From NCBI GenBank assembly GCA_013239625.1, contig MU054204.1:929537-993536 (forward strand): DNA of 64,000 nt. The letters run 5' to 3'. The notes below the pieces were generated by a model. That model did no database searches and had not been told where the DNA came from. It saw only the letters and a list, made by a program, of their open reading frames with translations. The translations under genes were made by a program, and so were the position numbers. Below are positions 52,669 to 64,000 of this stretch, piece by piece. The stretch comes from Lama guanicoe (taxonomy: Eukaryota). The stretch's first letter is position 1; each line of letters begins with the position of its first letter.

Positions 52669-53507
52669 TAAACATTTTTGTTGAGTTATAGTCATTTTAC
52701 AATGTTGTGTCAAATTCCAGTGTAGAGCACAATTTTTCAGTTATACATGAACATACATATATTCATTGTCACATATTTTTTGCTGTGAGTTACCACAAGA
52801 TCTTGTATATATTTCCCTGTGCTATACAGTATAATCTTGTTTATCTGTTCTGCATACGCCTGTCAGTATCTACAAGTTTTGAAATCCCATTCTGTCCCTT
52901 CCCATCCCCCGCCCCCTTGGCAACCATAAGTTTATATTCTATGTCTATGAGTCTATTTCTGTTTTGTATTTATGTTCTTTTTTTTTTAGATTCCACATAT
53001 GAGCGATCTTATATGGTATTTTTCTTTGTCTTTCTGCCTTACTTCACTTAGAATGACATTCTCCAGGGACATCCATGTTGCTGCAAATGGCATTATGTTG
53101 TCAGTTTTTATGGCTGAATAGTATTCCATTGTATAAATATACCACTTCTTCTTTATCCAATCATCTGTCAAGGGACATTTAGGCTGTTTCCATGTCTTGG
53201 CTATTGTAAATAGTGCTGTTATGAACACTGGGGTGCAGGTGTCATTTTGAAGTAGGGTTCCTTCTGGATATATGCCCAGAAGCGGGATTAAGACTTATAC
53301 ACAGAAAACTATAATCCATTGATGAAGGAAATTAAAGAAGACTTAAAAAAATGGAAAGATATCCCATGCTCCTGGATTGGAAGAATCAATATTGTTAAAA
53401 TGGTCACACTACCCAAGGCAATCTACAGGTTTAATGCAATCCCTATCAAATTACCCAGGACATATTTCACAGAACAAGAACAAGTCATAATAAAATTTAT
53501 ATGGAAT
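52669..53507 (-). mobile_element. Young L1 with 5' inversion (twin-primed structure)
   Basis: 52669-53289 is the antisense 3' end (MFITALFTIAKTWKQPKCP); 53290-53505 is a sense ORF2 piece ([26 protein letters not shown]...KFIWN); TSD-like AACAGTTTGTGCTTTT / AACAATTTGTGTTTT. Confidence 0.85.
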
Positions 53508-55637
53508 AACAATTTGTGTTTTAACAGCTGCATTTTAGTCCATTGTATAGAGGTACTGTAATTTATTTAGCCAGTCCTCTACTGATAGACATTTAGGTTG
53601 TCTTCAATGTTGCAATAAATAACGTTATACATCCTTTTGCATGTGTGTAAGTATATCTATATGGTAAATTCCTACAAATGGAATTATTTAGTATAAATAT
53701 GTACTTTTGCGATTTTGATTGATAGATATTGACCAATTGCTCTACACAGAGGCTGTACCTGTTTAATAGTTACCAACAATTTCTCTCTGCCATCCTCACC
53801 ACTATGATGAGTTAGCAGCCTTTCCTTCATCCTTGCCAATCTGATATGTAAAATATGGCATGTCTTAATTTGCCTTTCTCTTATTATGACTGAAGTTGAG
53901 GATCATTTATGCATAGGAACTACTTTTATTCTTTTTCTGTGAACTGTCAATATTCTTTACCCACATTATTTAACCTGTGGTCTTTTCCATATGGATTTGT
54001 AGGCATTCTTTGTATTTTGGAAAAATAAGCCAAACGTGACATGAATTGTAACTACTTTTTAATAGTTTGTTATCAGTCTTTTGGCATTACTTATGGTGGG
54101 TTAGAGCAATAAATCACACTTCTACTATGATATATTGCAAACATATAGAAAAATGCACTGATTAATATAACAAATACCCATATACCCTAAATTTTGTTAT
54201 TTGGGCATGCTTACATACATTATTTTTTTCTTTTTAAAGAAAGAAAATGTTACAGATAGAGATGAAGCCCCCTTTGTACTCCTTCCAGATCTATTCCCCT
54301 CTCTCTCTCCCCCAAAGTAACCAATATTCTGAAATTAATCTGTATTCTTCCTATCAGTGTTTCTCTACTTTCAATATGGGTATGTGTCCAGAAAAACAGT
54401 ACTTAGAGTACATAGTGCTGTTTGGTATATTTTTTAAATCTATATAAATAATATCAAACTGTATGTATAACTCCCAAACTTATTTTGTACTCAATATTGT
54501 GTTTGTAGTGTTTATCCTTATGGCTACATATAGACCAAATTAATTGATTTGTATTTCTATAAAGCATTCCAAGATTAATATACCAACATTTATTCATCTC
54601 TTCCCTCACTGGTGGAAATTTTACTATGAAAAGCAATACTCAGCATGCAAGAGTTCTCTAGGGCTTATACCTAGAAGCCCAGTAGCTAGCTAGTACCATG
54701 TCCCTTTCAAAACCTGTGATAAAAAAAATCAAAACAAAAAGACCAAACTCCAAACTGCTCTCTAAAGTGGTACCAATATATACTCCACCCCACAGTACAT
54801 GAAAATCCCAGTTATCCTAATCATAGCCTTGCCAATGCCAACTCGGTATTTTCAGACTTTAAAAATTTTCCAGTCTGATGAGTATGAAAATGGTGTCTCA
54901 ACATTGTTTAATTTGCATTTCCTAATTGCTAGTCACATTGAATATCATCTATCAGGGTTTCCTCTTCTGTGCATTGCCGCCTTCTGTGAATTGCCTGTTC
55001 TTACCTGTTTGCTCATTTTTTTCCATTGGCTTGTACATCCTTCTTGGTCCTTTCTCAGAGTGATTCCTATATTCTGCATAATAGAGACACACAGAACACA
55101 CATGAATGATGTCCATGTCCAGGCAAAGCCACGGCCAAAGCTGAATATCATTATCATAGAATAATCTGCTGGAATACAAGAATAATTCTGAAATTTTATC
55201 AGCAAGGGTTTTTACGACTACAGTTTTATTAATGAACTTTTAACAATTTGACATTATAATACAGTAATAAGGATTTCTCATCACTGTCACCAGCTAGACT
55301 CCTCCTGTGCTCACCGAAGTGCACATTTTCAGTACTAAACACTACTTGCTTTCAATTGAAATAAGTGAAGGAATAAGATATTTAGGGGCTTCCCATTTTT
55401 CTCTAAAACATTTTTATTTGAATTCTTTATAGTCTGTATTAAGTTTGAACTAAAGATGATTTATAATAAATGTTGTGTATGAGCTTGGAGTTTTCCTACC
55501 ACATTAAATTTTGACATGGAAAAGATGATATTTTGCTTTTAATCCATCTTCACAAGATATGAGGAATTCTCAAAGAAGGCTTTTTCTCAAAAGATTTATA
55601 GTCTAAATGGAACTAAGCAACTAAAAATTAAATACAA

Positions 55638-55773
55638 CTTTTTTTATTTGTTTTGGTTTTCAGGGGTAATTTGGTTTACTTACTTATTTATTTTAATGGA
55701 GGTACAGGGGATTGAACCCAGGACCTCATGCATGCTAAGCATGCACTCTACCACTGAGCTATATCCTCCCTCC
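55638..55773 (-). mobile_element. Camelid tRNA-derived SINE
   Basis: TSD TAAATACAA on both sides. Confidence 0.85.
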
Positions 55774-56559
55774 TAAATACAATTCTTAAACTTTATTTTA
55801 TTCAATGTTATGAATGTTCTGTGTGTAAACAACTCTTACAAAGAACAAAATTATTATATAATTAGAAGTCTGTTATTCTGCTTTGGATTATTATGTAAAA
55901 TAACATAAGCATCTGTTAGTTCAAAAAGCATATACTCTTTCCTAAAATTGTCTAGCTAACATGCTGTCTCTTAATATTGGCATTAAAGTTCCACCTATGT
56001 CCCAATTGAACTATCTGATATTTCTTAATCACTTTTGACATAAAACTAACAGCTTACTCAATAATTAACTATTGCAGAATTTGTTCTTACAATAATAAAT
56101 AAAACTTTATTCTTCAAAGGACTGATAGCATTTCAATATATAAAACAAGCTTTTCTTGGCGTCAAGTTACATCTGGAATCTTTCCCTTTATGTTTTTTGC
56201 TTTTTATGTTCTGTGTAAAAATCCTGAGGTTATCATATTCTCCTATATTTTCTTCTGAAAGCTTTAAAGTTCTGTCTTTCACATATAGGACTTTATCTAA
56301 AAATTTTTTCAGGGTTATGATGTCAAGTACTGGCTTAATTTAATTTCTCCATGTGAGTAGCCAATTGTCCCAGCAGATTTATTAAATGATCTATCTTTAT
56401 CCACTAATTTGCAATGCTACCTCTGTTGAATACCAAATTTCCGTGTACATGTGGATTTTTTTTCCTGGATTCTCTGTTCTGCTCCATTGATCTATTTGCC
56501 TGTCTCCTGTACCTTCTTCTATTTCAAAATTATATTGCCTGTTCTTGGCCCTTTGACTT

Positions 56560-56724
56560 TTTTTTAAGTTCTTTTTTAAAGTTTATTTTTATTTATTTAT
56601 TTTCTCCAGGGAAGCAATGAGGTTTGTTTGTTTGTTTGTTTCTTTTGATGGAGGTACTGGGGATTTAACCCAGGACATCATGCATGCTAAGCAGGTGCTC
56701 TACCACTGAGCTACACCCTCCCCC
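56560..56724 (-). mobile_element. Camelid tRNA-derived SINE within an old antisense L1
   Basis: Antisense SINE body. Confidence 0.85.
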
Positions 56725-57117
56725 ACTCTTTGTTTTTTGGTATAAATTCTAAAATTTGTTTTTCCAGTTACATGAAAAAAGCTTTGGGGATTTGTACTGG
56801 ATTTTTACATTAGTGAGGATTTTTTTTAATCCATGAACATGCTGTATTTCTCCATTTATTTAGGTCATATTTATGTCTTACAATGAAATTTTTCACATAT
56901 TCCGTATAAGTTTTGCATCTTTGGTTAGCTATTCCTGGGACCATTATGCATTCAGTTGCTACTGTGAAAGTTTTTTCAAAAACCATTTTCTAATAGGTTG
57001 TTGCTGGCATATAGGAATGCTCAGTTTTTGTACACTGATCTTGTTTCCAGCAATGCAACTGAGTTCTCTTTTGTTAGTTCTAATAGTTTGGTGGAAACTC
57101 TCTTGAATGGGGTGCTG

Positions 57118-57617
57118 TTAATGTCCTGTCCCCTACCTAGTAGTCCATCTCTGAGTTCATCTACAGCTGTCCTAGGAAGTTTTTGTCAAGCTGACCACTT
57201 CCCACCTGAAGGGCATGAATCTCTCTGCTTCTTGTCTTAAGGGCTTTGTCCTGCAAAGTAAGAGCTTGGAGACACCACTGGGAAGGTGTGGGGGTGGTAA
57301 CACCTCTCCGATAAATATTCAACCAGTGGGGGTGGAAGAAGTCAACGGATAAATGCTCCAGTCTCCCTGTCGTTCAGCAGAATGGTTCAGACACATATGC
57401 CACATGTGTGGCACACAGAGGGTCCTAGTGAAGCTGATTTTCAGATATACACAGTGCTAACCAGCTTATTAATACATCTTGTATAAGCTTTTCTCCCTTT
57501 TTCATGTGAATTCCTCACTCCTTCACTTCTGCTTCTTTGGATCACCTCTCAAATAAACTACCTGCTCCCAAATCCTATCCTAAGGGTCTGCTTTTAGGGG
57601 AACCCTAATTAAGATAA
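57118..57617 (+). mobile_element. ERVL LTR (LTR16-like)
   Basis: GGATCACCTCTCAAATAAACTACCTGC.CCCAAATCCT...GGTCTGCTTT..GGGGAACCC.AA.TAAGA end typical of LTR16. Confidence 0.75.
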
Positions 57618-58184
57618 GTACTTTATCTAGTTAATCTTATCATCTTTAAATAATGAGAGTTTTGTTTTCTCTTTTCCAGCCTTTATACCTTTTTCACCTG
57701 GTCTTACTACACTGGTTAGGAACCCCTCTACCCAGGAAGTACAATGTAAATACAAAATAGAATGTAAAATCAGATGATTAAATGCATCCTAGTTTCATTT
57801 CTGAAGTTAAAGGGAAAGCTTCTAACATTTTATTTTCAAGTGTGATGTCTGCTGAAAATTTTTGGTTCTCTATCCAGTTAAGAAAGATTCCTCTACTCTT
57901 AGTTTGAAATATTTTAAAAATCATGAATGGGTATTATATTTTATAAAATGTTTTAAATGTATTTATTAATATCATTTCTCTTTAATTTGTTAGTGTGATG
58001 AATTTTATACAGTTCCTTTAAATAATTTTGAAATTTAGATGTGTCTTATCAAAATTATACAAGCATTTAGAGTCAAATAATTCTACAAGTCTGTTTATGA
58101 AAATCTACATTCTTCTCTAGCTTTCACCCTTTTCCCACTCCCCAGAGACAACCACTTCCAACTCATGTTATTTTATTTAGATAT

Positions 58185-58614
58185 TGTTTTTAAAAAAGTG
58201 ATTCTGACACCTTTGCTAAATGGTAAGGAAGACTTTATTCAAGGCTATCATGATAGGTGTCAGTACTAGCACAACAGGGAAGAGAGAGTGGACTCAACTC
58301 CGAATACAAGGTTAAGTGGAGATCTATAGCCAATGGGCAGAATGAGGGGTCAGTGAATGGAAAATTACTAAGAGGGTAAATTACATCAAGGGTAGTGGAG
58401 ATTCTTGCTAAACTGACCTAACAGGATTCTTGCTGAAGGCAAGCCAGGGTGGTCAGAGTTCAAAGTGGGGGATTCTCTCTAAAATGACTTAGCAGGATTC
58501 CTGCTAAAACTAGACTAGGCAGGCAGATGACAGGGCCCAAGGATGTGAGATCTACTGAAAAAGAGGTCTCAGAGGAGCCTGGATAAAGTTTAGTCAAGGG
58601 GAAAATCTTTGTCA
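58185..58614 (-). mobile_element. ERV1 LTR (MER31-like)
   Basis: Minus strand begins TGACAAAGA...CCTTGACTAAACTTTATCCAGGCTCCTCTGAG; repeated AGGATTCTTGCT. Confidence 0.75.
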
Positions 58615-59639
58615 GGTTTGACCTTGTGGCAGAGATTGTTAGTTTTGCTCATCCAAATCAAGCTGGGCACACAGCATCTTTTGCAGCTTCCTTTGCAATT
58701 AGGTGGGTCATTTGTTTTGTAAAATTTCACTTAACCCTCTGTTTTCAGGGTATCACCCCCACCTTCAACTATGCTTTTTGTCCCCTGGTCTGAAGATCCC
58801 TTTTACCCTCTCCAAAGAATAAATCTCATCTTAGATGGGAGAGAGGAAGTTGTATGGCTGAAGACAGGAAGAGACGGCAGGTTCTGGGGAATAATCACTG
58901 CTTTTTTTTTTTTTTGAAAAATTGCACCTTTAATTTATTGAACACATCATGGTGCCAAGAACTGTGCTAGACACTATACATGAATTATCTCTTTGAACCT
59001 CCACAACAACTATTTGAGAAAGATTCTTCTATTATAATGTACATTTTTAATTGAGATACAATACACATACTATAAATTTTATCTCTTTAAAGGATACAAT
59101 TTGATGGCTTTTAGTGTATTCACAGGATTGTACAACAATCATCATTATCTAATCGCAGCACATTTCATCACCCACCTAAGGAAACTCTGCATCCATTAGC
59201 ATTTACTCCCATTTGCTTGTTCTGCATCTATTGATAATCATGTGAGTTTTTCCTTCATTCTATTGATATGGTGTATTACAATGAACGATTTTTATATGTT
59301 TACCCAACCTTGCACCCTCTGAGATAAATCCCACTTTGCCATGGTGTCTAATCCTTTGAATATGCTGCTGGTCTTGGTCTACTAGTATTTTGTTGAGGAG
59401 TTTCACATCTATTTTTATAAAGTAGTCTGTAGGTTTCTTTTCTTATGACATTGTCTGGCATTGATATGAGGGTAATACAGGACTCATAGAATGAGTTAGG
59501 AAGTGTTCCATCCTCTTGTATTTTGGGGTAGGGTTATGAGGATTGTGTTAATTCTACTTTAAACCTTTGGTAGAATTCACCAGTGAAACCATTTGCTCCT
59601 GGGCTTTGTGTGTGCGTGTGTGTGTGCACTAACTGCTTC

Positions 59640-59767
59640 TTTTTTCTTTTCTTTTTCTTTCTTTCTTTTTCTCTTACTGATTTTTCTTTAAATGGAGGTA
59701 CTGGGGATTGAACCCAGGACCTTGTGCATGCTAAGCAGGTGCTCCACCATTGAGCCACACCCTCCCA
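59640..59767 (-). mobile_element. Camelid tRNA-derived SINE
   Basis: TSD TGCACTAACTGCTTCTT on both sides. Confidence 0.9.
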
Positions 59768-61117
59768 CTCTGCACTAACTGCTTCTTAAATTTTCAACCA
59801 AGCCCCTTATTTTTAGTCTTATCATCACCCCTAATTTCAGAGGTTCTTGGTGCCATCAATTCCTGAGCATTTTGAGAATCTCTTGGTGTAAATTGGATTG
59901 TCTCTCTACTTCCTCCACTGCCATTTTAGGATTCAGCTTTCTTGGGACTGCTAAGTCAGTTATCATTCATCCGTCTCCTTTCTGTCTTCCCACCAGACTT
60001 TCTCTGTCTTTGGATTTCTGAAGTTTGAGTATGCTTAGGTGTGGGATTTTTGTGTTTTATTTTGTTTTGTTTGGTGTTTATCTTGCTTGGTGCTCTCTGA
60101 GCTACCTGGATCTGTGGTTTTGTGTATGTAAACAATTTTGGAGCATTTTTGGCCGTTATTGCTTCAAATATTTCTTCTGCCCTTGTATTAGTCAGGGGTT
60201 TCCAGAGAAACAGGACTGACCATATGTATCTCTACATAAATATAGATTTAGTTATAGGTATAGCTATATATTGAAAGAGATAGAAAGATATATATTATAT
60301 ATGCTATATTCTCTCTCTCTCCACACTCAGTTTTCAGCAATATGTCAAAATTACTGGTCAAGTAAGTGGCCTTAACTGCTATGGCTTCCACTGGCTTCTA
60401 TTCCAGGTAAGCACATCTTGGGTGCTGAGCCTCTTGGAATCTGCCTGTCTCTCCAGATTTCAAGATGGCAGTTTGCCCTGTGACTTCAGTTCTCTGATGG
60501 GTCTAAGAAAATCATCTATCTTCAGTTGACCCAGCTTTCTTGTGGTAAAGATGGGAGTAGTAAGTTCTACACTTCTTACGTATTGGAGCTGAAACCAGAA
60601 TTACTTTCTAGATTGCCCAATTTTATTGCTTTTAAATCCTCTTTCATTCTCCTTATCTTTGTGGATGTGTTGCTTTTTAAAAATTTCTTTAGTATTAATT
60701 TAGTGAGGTCTTGGGAGGGAGGGAAAGCTAACCTGAAATTCAACCCTCCATCTTTAACCAAATGGCTCAATGAATTTTCTAATATTTAGCCACCCTTTCA
60801 TTCTTGAGAAAAATAAAATTTGGACATGCTATATCTGTGTCATACACATTGCTAATTCAATTTGCTTGCATTTGGTGGATTTTTGTATCTAGGTTTGTAA
60901 GTAAGATTGGTTATTATCCACAAAGACTGTATATTTGTTGTACATAATGTGGAAGTATTTCCTCCCTTTACATTTCCTGGAACAGTTTGTATGTTAAAAA
61001 ATGTTAGAAATTTAATCTGGGGGAGAGAAGATTTTTAACTATTGATTAAATTTTTCAGAAATATTTCTGTGTCTTTTAGGCTTTCTATTTATCCTTAAGT
61101 AAGTTTTGCAAAGTAAA

Positions 61118-61335
61118 ATTTTTTTTATTGAAGTTTGGTTGATTTACAATGGTGTGTTAGTTTCTGGTGTACAGCATAGCAATTCAGTTATACATATATA
61201 TGTTCTTTTTCATTATAGGTTATTATAAGCTACTGAATATAGTTCCCTGTGCTATACAGTAGGACCTTGCTGTCTATCTGTTTTATACATAGTAGTGTGT
61301 ATCTACTAATCCCAAACTCCTAATTTATCCCCACC
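61118..61335 (-). mobile_element. L1 3' tail
   Basis: GAATATAGTTCCCTGTGCTATACAGTAGGACCTTG antisense L1 3'UTR. Confidence 0.8.
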
Positions 61336-62460
61336 TTTTGCTTTTAAAGGGGTTTAAAAAGTTTTTATCAGGCATATTTCATTACTTTAAAAGGAAAGTT
61401 GAATCAAATAACCAAGCAAGAAACTAGAAGACCATACTCTTAAATGTTTAAACATTCCTACTTGACTTAACAAGGTCCAAATGCAGGCTATATCCCTACC
61501 CTCCTCCCAAACAATACAAGAGCCTTAGAATGCTTTAAATATTAATAGTCTCCTGCTGTTTTACATGTTTCTGTGCTCCAGTGTTTTTAGCACCAGCTTC
61601 TTTTTAGACCGCCCTGTGATTCAACATTATTGTTGTTTTATATACTTAATGCTTATTTAGATTTCCCCACATTTACCAATTTTTGTTCACCGTTCCTCAT
61701 CTCCTATTTATCCCTCCTCTCCGATTTCAATTTCCTTTTTCCTAGAGTATATCTTTCAGTAGTTATTTTAGTGAGTGTCTATTATTACTAAACTCTTAGG
61801 TTTGCTTTTTCTGACAACGTCCTTATTCCACTCTCAGAAAGAGTAGTAGTTCATCTCATCGATATGTCTTGGGGGTACTAATTCTCCTCTCGGTGGCAAC
61901 GGGTGACTCACCTTCATGGCGTATCATTTATTTGCAAGTACAATCTTTGTGTTGTTTAATTCTGAGCACATCTTCACCAGAGAGTGTCTTTTTCTGTGGG
62001 GTTCTGTGTGCCCTGTGTTGTAAAAACATTTTCACTTTTGCTGAGGTTCTAGGGGTTTGAATGGTTATGCTCCAATTTTTGTTGTAATTTTTTTCAGCAT
62101 GTGATTCCCGTAATATGCAGTAGGGTAAATTTAGACCCACATCCATGTATGACATAGGCCTGGGATTTTATTTCTTCTGGTGGCTCCAGAGAGACAATAA
62201 GGCTTACTTTCCAAAACGCTTTCTAATGAACAGAGAAGATACTAAAGGCTTTATCCAGAGGTTTTATTTCCAGCTTCTCTGCCTGTGGTGGACTTGAGGC
62301 TGTGTTACCAGTATTCGCATGCACACTAGATTCCCAGCGCTGAGCCCCTAGCCCCTAGGGCCTCATATCTGGAACCAATACCACAAGCAGTTATCACTGT
62401 GTCCATCCGTTTACAATTACTAGACTGCCTTTTTCTTTTTCTTCAGAGATTTGACTTTGT

Positions 62461-62568
62461 ATTTTTTTTCTTTCTTTGAGGAGGAGGTAGTTAGGTTTAT
62501 TTATTTTTAGGGGAGGTACTAGGGATCTAACGCAGGACCTCATGCATGCTAATGCACTCTACCACTTG
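62461..62568 (-). mobile_element. Camelid tRNA-derived SINE, 5'-truncated
   Basis: TSD TGACTTTG on both sides. Confidence 0.8.
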
Positions 62569-63173
62569 ATGACTTTGCCCTTTTTTAAGCTCAGCTATAA
62601 ATGAAAATTTTCGTTGTGATTTATCTAATGTTAATGTGTTTGTAGTTGAGGATGGGGAGTACTAGTCATGTCATCTTAGTGTGCTATATTGCCAGGAAAA
62701 AAACTCTCACTTTATACATAGTATTTTGTGCTATATTGATACTTAGGCGTTTCCCCTTATCACTTCCATCCTCATAAATATGCACTTCTTTAAGTTTCAA
62801 GGAAATTAAGTCCCCTTCAGGACCATCTAGATTAAGGGCACATCTGAGGCCAGGTCTCTGTAGCATGTTGGATCATTCTCCAGATATTCCACATAGGTAG
62901 TTTAAATACCTCATTCCCCCAGGGTCTAAAGTTCCTTAGCAGAGTGATTGTCAACTTTAAAATATTCTAGTAGCAGAACTCTTTCTTCAAATATTACTTG
63001 GAACCCTCAAATATAAAATCAATCAGAGGGTAGTTGCTCTGGTTGAAGTGGGGTTGGGAGTTCCTGATCCTCACCAATTTGCCCTCCCTCTTCCTCCCCA
63101 AGGTGCACCCCAGGGCATCTTCATAGACTCCTTGGGCTCCAAGTACCATGGGATGAAAACAAATTGAATAGAT

Positions 63174-63605
63174 CAGTGATTCTCAAAGTGTGGTCTCAAC
63201 TCTATATAAAATAGATAAACAACAAGGACCTACTGTATAGCACAGGGAACTATATTCAATATCTTGTAATAACATATAATGGAAAAGAATCTGAAAAGAA
63301 AAAAAGTATATATATGTATGTGTATGTGTAACTGAATCACTTTGCTGTACACCTGAAACTAACACTGTAAATCAATTACACTTCAATAAAAAATTTTTAA
63401 AAATACAGTATGAAACATAACAATATAAAAAAGTATGGTCCCAGAGCCAGAAGCATGAGCATCACCTGGGAATATGTTAGAAATGCAAATTCTCAAGCCC
63501 CCATTTCAGATCTACTACAATCAGAAACTCTGGGGTTGAGACCCCACAATCTGTGTGTTAATGAGCCCTCCAGGTGACTCTGATGCACGTTTTACGTTTG
63601 AGGAC
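63174..63605 (+). mobile_element. MER5A split by an L1 3' tail (~63200-63420)
   Basis: CAGTGATTCTCAAAGTGTGGTC | L1 | AAAGTATGGTCCC...GTTAGAAATGCAAATTCTC...CCTCCAGGTGACTCTGATGCA. Confidence 0.85.
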
Positions 63606-64000
63606 TTAACCACAATAGAGGACTTACTAGAATAGGGCTGGAATATTGCCCAAGGTTAAGATTTCTGGGTGCCTAAAGAAGCCCAGACTTATCTGGTAGG
63701 CTGTTTTCCATCCATTTTCTTGTACAGGAAGGAGATTATAGACCCTCTCGGGGTCTAACTTTGCAATGTCCTGGGTCCCTCTGAATTGATTTAATAAGTG
63801 AGAAATCACTAGGAAGAGTAGGGAATCCTCACTTTTAGTTCGTTTGACAGAAATAATGATGCTCCTCATATTTTTGCTTGACAACAGGACTTCAGATCTG
63901 AAGCTCATAAATGTTGAGCAAAAGAAGCCAGACACAGAAGTGTACATACTGAATAATTCCATGTAGAGAAGGCATTTAAAAAGGCCACACTGATCTACAG

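Noticed and set aside
1..64000. A novel multi-gene or prokaryote-type system (operon, CRISPR, defence island)
   Set aside because: The DNA is mammalian intron and intergenic sequence; the recurring ~75-bp repeats are dispersed SINEs with TSDs in both orientations, not a regularly spaced array.

Overview
Mammalian nuclear DNA, very probably camelid (camel, alpaca or vicuna). The basis is about 24 copies of one tRNA-derived SINE matching the camelid Vic-type family, plus young cetartiodactyl-type L1 3' ends. I find no intact protein-coding exon: the ORF track is chance ORFs, decayed L1 ORF1/ORF2 pieces and one retrocopy. The single clear gene landmark is a CpG-island promoter at ~25.25-25.98 kb. 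It has a probable minus-strand non-coding first exon (donor CAG|GTAAAG at ~25554), so 1-25.5 kb is probably intronic to a gene I cannot name. The 26-64 kb region is repeat-dense upstream or intergenic DNA (L1, L2, MIR, hAT MERs, LTRs) with two candidate CTCF sites and a decayed CPSF1 processed pseudogene. I see no evidence of a novel multi-gene system. The interesting signals are unusual retrotransposition products: (1) a CPSF1 retrocopy with no poly(A) or TSD that replaces part of its host L1; (2) a young L1 ORF2 fragment inserted as a mirror image of the homologous old L1 segment; (3) a tailless tRNA-Cys 5'-half insertion; (4) a twin-primed L1 sharing a target site with a SINE; (5) a SINE with a 4x amplified B-box region. 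Repeat family names come from recall of consensus sequences, not a database search, and boundaries are approximate.
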